This document shows positions 31,454 through 41,563 of a DNA stretch of 64,000 bases, one piece after another. The stretch comes from Diplonema japonicum. Lineage: Eukaryota > Protista > Euglenozoa: Diplonemea. Position numbers and translations under genes: made by a program. The stretch spans positions 124,001 to 188,000 of the forward strand of contig OZ025655.1 of the NCBI GenBank assembly GCA_964019335.1. The letters run 5' to 3'. The first letter of the stretch is position 1, and each line of letters starts with the position of its first letter. The notes beneath the pieces were generated by a model. The model ran no database searches and was not told where the DNA came from. It saw only the letters and a list, made by a program, of their open reading frames with translations.

Positions 31454-34102
31454 TTAGAATCTTGGAACGGGGAAACAGGTGCACCTGCGCCCGTGGGGAA
31501 AAGGTTGGACGGGGCCTGTTCTCGTTGGGCACATCGGCTTGTCCACGCACTTGGAGTCGTAGTAGTCGCAGTGGTGCTCTGCCATCGCACAGCTTTCCCT
31601 GTCCTTCAGAGAGCACTGCTGCCCGGCCGAGTGGATAAAGACAACGAAATGGAGGAGCTTCCTGGTGACGGGGATCACGATGGGGGCCGAGCCTGCTTCC
31701 ACCTGCAGCCTGAAGGTCACAGTCGGGTGGTGTGGAACGTCAGTGGGGGCCCCCGCGAAGGTGGGGAGATACCTGGGCCCACACCCCGCCGCTTCGAATC
31801 CAGCATCCAGCAGTCCCTTCGGGAGGCCTCCGTTCATCCCCGAGCTGCACGGGAGGCAGTTGTGTACCGTCACGTAGAAGGTGCACGGGTCTGTGTGGTG
31901 CGCGCTATCTTCTCCATGAGGGCACACCAGCTTCACGTACATCCCCTCCTTCCCAAACGCCCCCATGTGAGCAGTCGACCCCTCCAGCCACTCCGGGATC
32001 CGTACCCATTGCTGCCCGCTCACATCGTCTCCGACCCACACCCCAAGGGGGCTCTCGCCGCCGCCTTCCTTCCCCACCTCCTTCACCACCACAGGATGGG
32101 CTCCCCCGACCAGCTCTACAGTGCCCTTGTTCTCCCCCTGCTGCGGGTCGGTCTCCTCCGGGACGCCATAGATGTTCAGCCCGTTGGAAGTGTCCCCGCT
32201 CGCGAAGATGTAGCCCCCCTCCGCAACAAGGGAAAGGAGGAAGCCAGAGTTGTCCTGCCCAAGAAGGACAAAGGTGTTCGCGGCGGGCTCCTCGACCGCC
32301 ACCAGGCCCTGGTCCTTGCAGGCGAGGTACAGCTTCGAGTTGTAGAGCTGGATCGACGTGCAGCGCGACCCGTCCCCTTCCCGCAGGGGGTACGGGAGCT
32401 CCACCGTCACCTGCATCCCTGTCGCCGCATCGAACTTCACAAGAGTTCCCTTGTGGCTGTCCGTCACCCCGTAGATGTGGCCCTTCCAGTAGATCCCTTG
32501 GAACACGGTGAAGCTCCCGATGTCAAAGTGGGGGAAGCTGCGCTCCACCTCGGGGTGCTCGGGGTCCGACACGTCGATCACAATGATGCTGTTCGAGGAC
32601 ATCGTGGCATACACCTTCCCGTTGAACCACACAGAGCTCGTGTGTGTGTCCATCCCTGGGATCTTCAAGTGCCCCGCCTCAGACAGGCCGTTCTTCCTCA
32701 GCACAATAAACCAGGTCACAGCCTCGGGGTGCCTGTCCTTCTCGTGGCAGGTCAGGTAGATGTGGTCAGGAGACTGCTCAAGGAACCTCCCCCCGCGAGT
32801 CTTCGTGCAACCAGTGGGGTACCTGTAGGTGGACCGGAGAACAGGGGCCTTGGGGTCCCTGCTGATGTCATAGGACTTGATCATGGTTGGGAGGGCTATG
32901 TACAGCATCCCCTTCCCATCTGTCAGAAGGCTCTTCCCCTCCAGCTGGTCCATCGTCCCCACCTCCTTCGGGTCCGTCTTATCCCTCACATTGTGAATGT
33001 GAACCATATCCTTGTCCTTCAGGAGGTACGTGTAGTCTCCCTCTTTCGCCAGATCGTACGCGTTCCCAGGGACAGCGAGGGAGGCCAGCAGCTTGATCTC
33101 AGGGATCTCCTCCGGGACGCCATAGATGTTCAGCCCGTTGGAAGTGTCCCCGCTCGCGAAGATGTAGCCCCCCTCCGCAACAAGGGAAAGGAGGAAGCCA
33201 GAGTTGTCCTGCCCAAGAAGGACAATTGTGTCTGGGAGCGGCTCGTCAACTACGATGAGGCCCTGGTCCTTGCAGGCAAGGTACAGCTTCGAGTTGTAGA
33301 GCTGGATCGACGTGCAGCGCGACTGACCCAGAGGGGAGGGGAGGTCCAGGGTCTGCCGCAGCCCCGTCGCCGCATCGAACTTTACGAGGGCCCCTCTGTG
33401 GCTGTCCGTCACCCCGTAGATGTGGCCCTTCCAGTAGATCCCTTGGAACACGGTGAAGCTCCCGATGTCAAAGTGGGGGAAGCTGCGCTTCTCGGTAGGG
33501 TGCTCGGGGTCTGACACGTCGATCACAATGATGCTGTTCGAGGACATCGTGGCATACACCTTCCCGTTGAACCACACGGAGCTCGTGTGTGTGTCCATCC
33601 CTGGGATCTTCAAGTGCCCCGCCTCAGACAGGCCGTTCTTCCTCAGCACAATAAACCAGGTCACAGCCTCGGGGTGCCTGTCCTTCTCGTGGCAGGTCAG
33701 GTAGATGTGGTCGGGAGACTGCTCAAGGAACCTCCCCCCGCGAGTCTTCGTGCAACCAGTGGGGTACCTGTAGGTGGACCGGAGAACAGGGGCCTTGGGG
33801 TCCCTGCTGATGTCGTAGGACCTGATCATGGTTGGGAGGGCTATGTACAGCATCCCCTTCCCATCTGTCAGAAGACTCTTCCCCTCCAGCTGGTCCATCG
33901 TCCTCACCTCCTTCGGGTCCGTCTTATCCCTCACATTGTGAATGTGAACCATGTCCTTGTCCTTCAGGAGGTACGTGTAGTCTCCCTCTTTCGCCAGATC
34001 GTACGCGTTCCCAGGGACAGCGAGGGAGGCCAGCAGCTTGATCTCATCGTGCGTAGCGGTTGCACTGAGCGCCGTCGCAAGCAGTAGCACTGCTCTCATC
34101 AT
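31454..34102 (-). CDS. Secreted double beta-propeller (LVIVD-like repeats) + Cys-rich C-terminal domain protein, 882 aa; array copy
   Basis: Signal peptide MMRAVLLLATALSATA; two near-identical ~315-aa repeats with blades such as IIVIDVSDPEHP and LYLACKDQGLIVVD; Cys-rich tail; intronless. Confidence 0.85.
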   Translation of the reverse strand: MMRAVLLLATALSATATHDEIKLLASLAVPGNAYDLAKEGDYTYLLKDKDMVHIHNVRDKTDPKEVRTMDQLEGKSLLTDGKGMLYIALPTMIRSYDISRDPKAPVLRSTYRYPTGCTKTRGGRFLEQSPDHIYLTCHEKDRHPEAVTWFIVLRKNGLSEAGHLKIPGMDTHTSSVWFNGKVYATMSSNSIIVIDVSDPEHPTEKRSFPHFDIGSFTVFQGIYWKGHIYGVTDSHRGALVKFDAATGLRQTLDLPSPLGQSRCTSIQLYNSKLYLACKDQGLIVVDEPLPDTIVLLGQDNSGFLLSLVAEGGYIFASGDTSNGLNIYGVPEEIPEIKLLASLAVPGNAYDLAKEGDYTYLLKDKDMVHIHNVRDKTDPKEVGTMDQLEGKSLLTDGKGMLYIALPTMIKSYDISRDPKAPVLRSTYRYPTGCTKTRGGRFLEQSPDHIYLTCHEKDRHPEAVTWFIVLRKNGLSEAGHLKIPGMDTHTSSVWFNGKVYATMSSNSIIVIDVSDPEHPEVERSFPHFDIGSFTVFQGIYWKGHIYGVTDSHKGTLVKFDAATGMQVTVELPYPLREGDGSRCTSIQLYNSKLYLACKDQGLVAVEEPAANTFVLLGQDNSGFLLSLVAEGGYIFASGDTSNGLNIYGVPEETDPQQGENKGTVELVGGAHPVVVKEVGKEGGGESPLGVWVGDDVSGQQWVRIPEWLEGSTAHMGAFGKEGMYVKLVCPHGEDSAHHTDPCTFYVTVHNCLPCSSGMNGGLPKGLLDAGFEAAGCGPRYLPTFAGAPTDVPHHPTVTFRLQVEAGSAPIVIPVTRKLLHFVVFIHSAGQQCSLKDRESCAMAEHHCDYYDSKCVDKPMCPTRTGPVQPFPHGRRCTCFPVPRF

Positions 34103-34823
34103 CTCTTCTTTTTGTTTTGTTTATGTGGTGTGGGTGTAACCTGTGTACGGGTGTGATATTTATGTGTTTGCTATACGAAAAAAAAGGAAATAATTAAAAA
34201 AAAGAAAATAAGTCTTCTGCTCCGCCTCCCTCTTTTTCTGTGTCGCTCTATTTCCCTCCATCTCTCTCTCTCTCTCTGTCCATTCTAATGCTCGAAAACG
34301 CGCACCAGTTTGGAACCAAAAAGAAAGAAGAAGAATGAGAAAAGAAAAACACAAAAAAGAAGGTAGCAAAAGAGTTCGCTAGGGAAAAGGGAGACGAATA
34401 TGAATAGCGTTGTGCCCGGGTTGTGATTTTGCTCACTCCCCTCGTTAGTAGAAAAGAGCTTACCGGTTGGTAACACCAGTAATTATTAAAGGCTGCTTTT
34501 GCAAAGACGAGCCAAAAAGAACAAAAGAAAAATATAAATATCCCAAAAATCGTTTGTTCCCATTCGCACTGTCACTCCACCGTAGAGGGTGCACAATGCT
34601 TACGTGAATAAACCATTTTAGCTCGAATCTTTCTCTCTCTCTTCTTTGTGCGATGCACAAGAAGGAAAGAAGGAAAGAACAAAAATGAAAGAGATTCTCT
34701 TCTCAATAGAAGAGACCAAAGAAAGATGAAGGGAGGATATGAAAAGTGTGGAAACCGAAGGTGTAGGAACCTTCTAGAGGAAAGCTTGCTTATTATGATA
34801 GATTTTACCTTTTCTTCTTTAGA

Positions 34824-37472
34824 TTAGAATCTTGGAACGGGGAAACAGGTGCACCTGCGCCCGTGGGGAAAAGGTTGGACGGGGCCTGTTCTCGTTGGGC
34901 ACATCGGCTTGTCCACGCACTTGGAGTCGTAGTAGTCGCAGTGGTGCTCTGCCATCGCACAGCTTTCCCTGTCCTTCAGAGAGCACTGCTGCCCGGCCGA
35001 GTGGATAAAGACAACGAAATGGAGGAGCTTCCTGGTGACGGGGATCACGATGGGGGCCGAGCCTGCTTCCACCTGCAGCCTGAAGGTCACAGTCGGGTGG
35101 TGTGGAACGTCAGTGGGGGCCCCCGCGAAGGTGGGGAGATACCTGGGCCCACACCCCGCCGCTTCGAATCCAGCATCCAGCAGTCCCTTCGGGAGGCCTC
35201 CGTTCATCCCCGAGCTGCACGGGAGGCAGTTGTGTACCGTCACGTAGAAGGTGCACGGGTCTGTGTGGTGCGCGCTATCTTCTCCATGAGGGCACACCAG
35301 CTTCACGTACATCCCCTCCTTCCCAAACGCCCCCATGTGAGCAGTCGACCCCTCCAGCCACTCCGGGATCCGTACCCATTGCTGCCCGCTCACATCGTCT
35401 CCGACCCACACCCCAAGGGGGCTCTCGCCGCCGCCTTCCTTCCCCACCTCCTTCACCACCACAGGATGGGCTCCCCCGACCAGCTCTACAGTGCCCTTGT
35501 TCTCCCCCTGCTGCGGGTCGGTCTCCTCCGGGACGCCATAGATGTTCAGCCCGTTGGAAGTGTCCCCGCTCGCGAAGATGTAGCCCCCCTCCGCAACAAG
35601 GGAAAGGAGGAAGCCAGAGTTGTCCTGCCCAAGAAGGACAAAGGTGTTCGCGGCGGGCTCCTCGACCGCCACCAGGCCCTGGTCCTTGCAGGCGAGGTAC
35701 AGCTTCGAGTTGTAGAGCTGGATCGACGTGCAGCGCGACCCGTCCCCTTCCCGCAGGGGGTACGGGAGCTCCACCGTCACCTGCATCCCTGTCGCCGCAT
35801 CGAACTTCACAAGAGTTCCCTTGTGGCTGTCCGTCACCCCGTAGATGTGGCCCTTCCAGTAGATCCCTTGGAACACGGTGAAGCTCCCGATGTCAAAGTG
35901 GGGGAAGCTGCGCTCCACCTCGGGGTGCTCGGGGTCCGACACGTCGATCACAATGATGCTGTTCGAGGACATCGTGGCATACACCTTCCCGTTGAACCAC
36001 ACAGAGCTCGTGTGTGTGTCCATCCCTGGGATCTTCAAGTGCCCCGCCTCAGACAGGCCGTTCTTCCTCAGCACAATAAACCAGGTCACAGCCTCGGGGT
36101 GCCTGTCCTTCTCGTGGCAGGTCAGGTAGATGTGGTCAGGAGACTGCTCAAGGAACCTCCCCCCGCGAGTCTTCGTGCAACCAGTGGGGTACCTGTAGGT
36201 GGACCGGAGAACAGGGGCCTTGGGGTCCCTGCTGATGTCATAGGACTTGATCATGGTTGGGAGGGCTATGTACAGCATCCCCTTCCCATCTGTCAGAAGG
36301 CTCTTCCCCTCCAGCTGGTCCATCGTCCCCACCTCCTTCGGGTCCGTCTTATCCCTCACATTGTGAATGTGAACCATATCCTTGTCCTTCAGGAGGTACG
36401 TGTAGTCTCCCTCTTTCGCCAGATCGTACGCGTTCCCAGGGACAGCGAGGGAGGCCAGCAGCTTGATCTCAGGGATCTCCTCCGGGACGCCATAGATGTT
36501 CAGCCCGTTGGAAGTGTCCCCGCTCGCGAAGATGTAGCCCCCCTCCGCAACAAGGGAAAGGAGGAAGCCAGAGTTGTCCTGCCCAAGAAGGACAATTGTG
36601 TCTGGGAGCGGCTCGTCAACTACGATGAGGCCCTGGTCCTTGCAGGCAAGGTACAGCTTCGAGTTGTAGAGCTGGATCGACGTGCAGCGCGACTGACCCA
36701 GAGGGGAGGGGAGGTCCAGGGTCTGCCGCAGCCCCGTCGCCGCATCGAACTTTACGAGGGCCCCTCTGTGGCTGTCCGTCACCCCGTAGATGTGGCCCTT
36801 CCAGTAGATCCCTTGGAACACGGTGAAGCTCCCGATGTCAAAGTGGGGGAAGCTGCGCTTCTCGGTAGGGTGCTCGGGGTCTGACACGTCGATCACAATG
36901 ATGCTGTTCGAGGACATCGTGGCATACACCTTCCCGTTGAACCACACGGAGCTCGTGTGTGTGTCCATCCCTGGGATCTTCAAGTGCCCCGCCTCAGACA
37001 GGCCGTTCTTCCTCAGCACAATAAACCAGGTCACAGCCTCGGGGTGCCTGTCCTTCTCGTGGCAGGTCAGGTAGATGTGGTCGGGAGACTGCTCAAGGAA
37101 CCTCCCCCCGCGAGTCTTCGTGCAACCAGTGGGGTACCTGTAGGTGGACCGGAGAACAGGGGCCTTGGGGTCCCTGCTGATGTCGTAGGACCTGATCATG
37201 GTTGGGAGGGCTATGTACAGCATCCCCTTCCCATCTGTCAGAAGACTCTTCCCCTCCAGCTGGTCCATCGTCCTCACCTCCTTCGGGTCCGTCTTATCCC
37301 TCACATTGTGAATGTGAACCATGTCCTTGTCCTTCAGGAGGTACGTGTAGTCTCCCTCTTTCGCCAGATCGTACGCGTTCCCAGGGACAGCGAGGGAGGC
37401 CAGCAGCTTGATCTCATCGTGCGTAGCGGTTGCACTGAGCGCCGTCGCAAGCAGTAGCACTGCTCTCATCAT
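34824..37472 (-). CDS. 882-aa secreted beta-propeller protein; array copy
   Basis: Translation identical to 31454-34102. Confidence 0.85.
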   Translation of the reverse strand: MMRAVLLLATALSATATHDEIKLLASLAVPGNAYDLAKEGDYTYLLKDKDMVHIHNVRDKTDPKEVRTMDQLEGKSLLTDGKGMLYIALPTMIRSYDISRDPKAPVLRSTYRYPTGCTKTRGGRFLEQSPDHIYLTCHEKDRHPEAVTWFIVLRKNGLSEAGHLKIPGMDTHTSSVWFNGKVYATMSSNSIIVIDVSDPEHPTEKRSFPHFDIGSFTVFQGIYWKGHIYGVTDSHRGALVKFDAATGLRQTLDLPSPLGQSRCTSIQLYNSKLYLACKDQGLIVVDEPLPDTIVLLGQDNSGFLLSLVAEGGYIFASGDTSNGLNIYGVPEEIPEIKLLASLAVPGNAYDLAKEGDYTYLLKDKDMVHIHNVRDKTDPKEVGTMDQLEGKSLLTDGKGMLYIALPTMIKSYDISRDPKAPVLRSTYRYPTGCTKTRGGRFLEQSPDHIYLTCHEKDRHPEAVTWFIVLRKNGLSEAGHLKIPGMDTHTSSVWFNGKVYATMSSNSIIVIDVSDPEHPEVERSFPHFDIGSFTVFQGIYWKGHIYGVTDSHKGTLVKFDAATGMQVTVELPYPLREGDGSRCTSIQLYNSKLYLACKDQGLVAVEEPAANTFVLLGQDNSGFLLSLVAEGGYIFASGDTSNGLNIYGVPEETDPQQGENKGTVELVGGAHPVVVKEVGKEGGGESPLGVWVGDDVSGQQWVRIPEWLEGSTAHMGAFGKEGMYVKLVCPHGEDSAHHTDPCTFYVTVHNCLPCSSGMNGGLPKGLLDAGFEAAGCGPRYLPTFAGAPTDVPHHPTVTFRLQVEAGSAPIVIPVTRKLLHFVVFIHSAGQQCSLKDRESCAMAEHHCDYYDSKCVDKPMCPTRTGPVQPFPHGRRCTCFPVPRF

Positions 37473-38193
37473 CTCTTCTTTTTGTTTTGTTTATGTGGTG
37501 TGGGTGTAACCTGTGTACGGGTGTGATATTTATGTGTTTGCTATACGAAAAAAAAGGAAATAATTAAAAAAAAGAAAATAAGTCTTCTGCTCCGCCTCCC
37601 TCTTTTTCTGTGTCGCTCTATTTCCCTCCATCTCTCTCTCTCTCTCTGTCCATTCTAATGCTCGAAAACGCGCACCAGTTTGGAACCAAAAAGAAAGAAG
37701 AAGAATGAGAAAAGAAAAACACAAAAAAGAAGGTAGCAAAAGAGTTCGCTAGGGAAAAGGGAGACGAATATGAATAGCGTTGTGCCCGGGTTGTGATTTT
37801 GCTCACTCCCCTCGTTAGTAGAAAAGAGCTTACCGGTTGGTAACACCAGTAATTATTAAAGGCTGCTTTTGCAAAGACGAGCCAAAAAGAACAAAAGAAA
37901 AATATAAATATCCCAAAAATCGTTTGTTCCCATTCGCACTGTCACTCCACCGTAGAGGGTGCACAATGCTTACGTGAATAAACCATTTTAGCTCGAATCT
38001 TTCTCTCTCTCTTCTTTGTGCGATGCACAAGAAGGAAAGAAGGAAAGAACAAAAATGAAAGAGATTCTCTTCTCAATAGAAGAGACCAAAGAAAGATGAA
38101 GGGAGGATATGAAAAGTGTGGAAACCGAAGGTGTAGGAACCTTCTAGAGGAAAGCTTGCTTATTATGATAGATTTTACCTTTTCTTCTTTAGA

Positions 38194-40842
38194 TTAGAAT
38201 CTTGGAACGGGGAAACAGGTGCACCTGCGCCCGTGGGGAAAAGGTTGGACGGGGCCTGTTCTCGTTGGGCACATCGGCTTGTCCACGCACTTGGAGTCGT
38301 AGTAGTCGCAGTGGTGCTCTGCCATCGCACAGCTTTCCCTGTCCTTCAGAGAGCACTGCTGCCCGGCCGAGTGGATAAAGACAACGAAATGGAGGAGCTT
38401 CCTGGTGACGGGGATCACGATGGGGGCCGAGCCTGCTTCCACCTGCAGCCTGAAGGTCACAGTCGGGTGGTGTGGAACGTCAGTGGGGGCCCCCGCGAAG
38501 GTGGGGAGATACCTGGGCCCACACCCCGCCGCTTCGAATCCAGCATCCAGCAGTCCCTTCGGGAGGCCTCCGTTCATCCCCGAGCTGCACGGGAGGCAGT
38601 TGTGTACCGTCACGTAGAAGGTGCACGGGTCTGTGTGGTGCGCGCTATCTTCTCCATGAGGGCACACCAGCTTCACGTACATCCCCTCCTTCCCAAACGC
38701 CCCCATGTGAGCAGTCGACCCCTCCAGCCACTCCGGGATCCGTACCCATTGCTGCCCGCTCACATCGTCTCCGACCCACACCCCAAGGGGGCTCTCGCCG
38801 CCGCCTTCCTTCCCCACCTCCTTCACCACCACAGGATGGGCTCCCCCGACCAGCTCTACAGTGCCCTTGTTCTCCCCCTGCTGCGGGTCGGTCTCCTCCG
38901 GGACGCCATAGATGTTCAGCCCGTTGGAAGTGTCCCCGCTCGCGAAGATGTAGCCCCCCTCCGCAACAAGGGAAAGGAGGAAGCCAGAGTTGTCCTGCCC
39001 AAGAAGGACAAAGGTGTTCGCGGCGGGCTCCTCGACCGCCACCAGGCCCTGGTCCTTGCAGGCGAGGTACAGCTTCGAGTTGTAGAGCTGGATCGACGTG
39101 CAGCGCGACCCGTCCCCTTCCCGCAGGGGGTACGGGAGCTCCACCGTCACCTGCATCCCTGTCGCCGCATCGAACTTCACAAGAGTTCCCTTGTGGCTGT
39201 CCGTCACCCCGTAGATGTGGCCCTTCCAGTAGATCCCTTGGAACACGGTGAAGCTCCCGATGTCAAAGTGGGGGAAGCTGCGCTCCACCTCGGGGTGCTC
39301 GGGGTCCGACACGTCGATCACAATGATGCTGTTCGAGGACATCGTGGCATACACCTTCCCGTTGAACCACACAGAGCTCGTGTGTGTGTCCATCCCTGGG
39401 ATCTTCAAGTGCCCCGCCTCAGACAGGCCGTTCTTCCTCAGCACAATAAACCAGGTCACAGCCTCGGGGTGCCTGTCCTTCTCGTGGCAGGTCAGGTAGA
39501 TGTGGTCAGGAGACTGCTCAAGGAACCTCCCCCCGCGAGTCTTCGTGCAACCAGTGGGGTACCTGTAGGTGGACCGGAGAACAGGGGCCTTGGGGTCCCT
39601 GCTGATGTCATAGGACTTGATCATGGTTGGGAGGGCTATGTACAGCATCCCCTTCCCATCTGTCAGAAGGCTCTTCCCCTCCAGCTGGTCCATCGTCCCC
39701 ACCTCCTTCGGGTCCGTCTTATCCCTCACATTGTGAATGTGAACCATATCCTTGTCCTTCAGGAGGTACGTGTAGTCTCCCTCTTTCGCCAGATCGTACG
39801 CGTTCCCAGGGACAGCGAGGGAGGCCAGCAGCTTGATCTCAGGGATCTCCTCCGGGACGCCATAGATGTTCAGCCCGTTGGAAGTGTCCCCGCTCGCGAA
39901 GATGTAGCCCCCCTCCGCAACAAGGGAAAGGAGGAAGCCAGAGTTGTCCTGCCCAAGAAGGACAATTGTGTCTGGGAGCGGCTCGTCAACTACGATGAGG
40001 CCCTGGTCCTTGCAGGCAAGGTACAGCTTCGAGTTGTAGAGCTGGATCGACGTGCAGCGCGACTGACCCAGAGGGGAGGGGAGGTCCAGGGTCTGCCGCA
40101 GCCCCGTCGCCGCATCGAACTTTACGAGGGCCCCTCTGTGGCTGTCCGTCACCCCGTAGATGTGGCCCTTCCAGTAGATCCCTTGGAACACGGTGAAGCT
40201 CCCGATGTCAAAGTGGGGGAAGCTGCGCTTCTCGGTAGGGTGCTCGGGGTCTGACACGTCGATCACAATGATGCTGTTCGAGGACATCGTGGCATACACC
40301 TTCCCGTTGAACCACACGGAGCTCGTGTGTGTGTCCATCCCTGGGATCTTCAAGTGCCCCGCCTCAGACAGGCCGTTCTTCCTCAGCACAATAAACCAGG
40401 TCACAGCCTCGGGGTGCCTGTCCTTCTCGTGGCAGGTCAGGTAGATGTGGTCGGGAGACTGCTCAAGGAACCTCCCCCCGCGAGTCTTCGTGCAACCAGT
40501 GGGGTACCTGTAGGTGGACCGGAGAACAGGGGCCTTGGGGTCCCTGCTGATGTCGTAGGACCTGATCATGGTTGGGAGGGCTATGTACAGCATCCCCTTC
40601 CCATCTGTCAGAAGACTCTTCCCCTCCAGCTGGTCCATCGTCCTCACCTCCTTCGGGTCCGTCTTATCCCTCACATTGTGAATGTGAACCATGTCCTTGT
40701 CCTTCAGGAGGTACGTGTAGTCTCCCTCTTTCGCCAGATCGTACGCGTTCCCAGGGACAGCGAGGGAGGCCAGCAGCTTGATCTCATCGTGCGTAGCGGT
40801 TGCACTGAGCGCCGTCGCAAGCAGTAGCACTGCTCTCATCAT
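38194..40842 (-). CDS. 882-aa secreted beta-propeller protein; array copy
   Basis: Translation identical to 31454-34102. Confidence 0.85.
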   Translation of the reverse strand: MMRAVLLLATALSATATHDEIKLLASLAVPGNAYDLAKEGDYTYLLKDKDMVHIHNVRDKTDPKEVRTMDQLEGKSLLTDGKGMLYIALPTMIRSYDISRDPKAPVLRSTYRYPTGCTKTRGGRFLEQSPDHIYLTCHEKDRHPEAVTWFIVLRKNGLSEAGHLKIPGMDTHTSSVWFNGKVYATMSSNSIIVIDVSDPEHPTEKRSFPHFDIGSFTVFQGIYWKGHIYGVTDSHRGALVKFDAATGLRQTLDLPSPLGQSRCTSIQLYNSKLYLACKDQGLIVVDEPLPDTIVLLGQDNSGFLLSLVAEGGYIFASGDTSNGLNIYGVPEEIPEIKLLASLAVPGNAYDLAKEGDYTYLLKDKDMVHIHNVRDKTDPKEVGTMDQLEGKSLLTDGKGMLYIALPTMIKSYDISRDPKAPVLRSTYRYPTGCTKTRGGRFLEQSPDHIYLTCHEKDRHPEAVTWFIVLRKNGLSEAGHLKIPGMDTHTSSVWFNGKVYATMSSNSIIVIDVSDPEHPEVERSFPHFDIGSFTVFQGIYWKGHIYGVTDSHKGTLVKFDAATGMQVTVELPYPLREGDGSRCTSIQLYNSKLYLACKDQGLVAVEEPAANTFVLLGQDNSGFLLSLVAEGGYIFASGDTSNGLNIYGVPEETDPQQGENKGTVELVGGAHPVVVKEVGKEGGGESPLGVWVGDDVSGQQWVRIPEWLEGSTAHMGAFGKEGMYVKLVCPHGEDSAHHTDPCTFYVTVHNCLPCSSGMNGGLPKGLLDAGFEAAGCGPRYLPTFAGAPTDVPHHPTVTFRLQVEAGSAPIVIPVTRKLLHFVVFIHSAGQQCSLKDRESCAMAEHHCDYYDSKCVDKPMCPTRTGPVQPFPHGRRCTCFPVPRF

Positions 40843-41563
40843 CTCTTCTTTTTGTTTTGTTTATGTGGTGTGGGTGTAACCTGTGTACGGGTGTGATATT
40901 TATGTGTTTGCTATACGAAAAAAAAGGAAATAATTAAAAAAAAGAAAATAAGTCTTCTGCTCCGCCTCCCTCTTTTTCTGTGTCGCTCTATTTCCCTCCA
41001 TCTCTCTCTCTCTCTCTGTCCATTCTAATGCTCGAAAACGCGCACCAGTTTGGAACCAAAAAGAAAGAAGAAGAATGAGAAAAGAAAAACACAAAAAAGA
41101 AGGTAGCAAAAGAGTTCGCTAGGGAAAAGGGAGACGAATATGAATAGCGTTGTGCCCGGGTTGTGATTTTGCTCACTCCCCTCGTTAGTAGAAAAGAGCT
41201 TACCGGTTGGTAACACCAGTAATTATTAAAGGCTGCTTTTGCAAAGACGAGCCAAAAAGAACAAAAGAAAAATATAAATATCCCAAAAATCGTTTGTTCC
41301 CATTCGCACTGTCACTCCACCGTAGAGGGTGCACAATGCTTACGTGAATAAACCATTTTAGCTCGAATCTTTCTCTCTCTCTTCTTTGTGCGATGCACAA
41401 GAAGGAAAGAAGGAAAGAACAAAAATGAAAGAGATTCTCTTCTCAATAGAAGAGACCAAAGAAAGATGAAGGGAGGATATGAAAAGTGTGGAAACCGAAG
41501 GTGTAGGAACCTTCTAGAGGAAAGCTTGCTTATTATGATAGATTTTACCTTTTCTTCTTTAGA

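Noticed and set aside
31493-33514. 673-aa plus-strand ORF repeated in every array unit (also the 259-, 166- and 83-aa ORFs)
   Set aside because: Antisense shadows of the GC3-rich 882-aa gene; non-ATG starts or no protein-like features.
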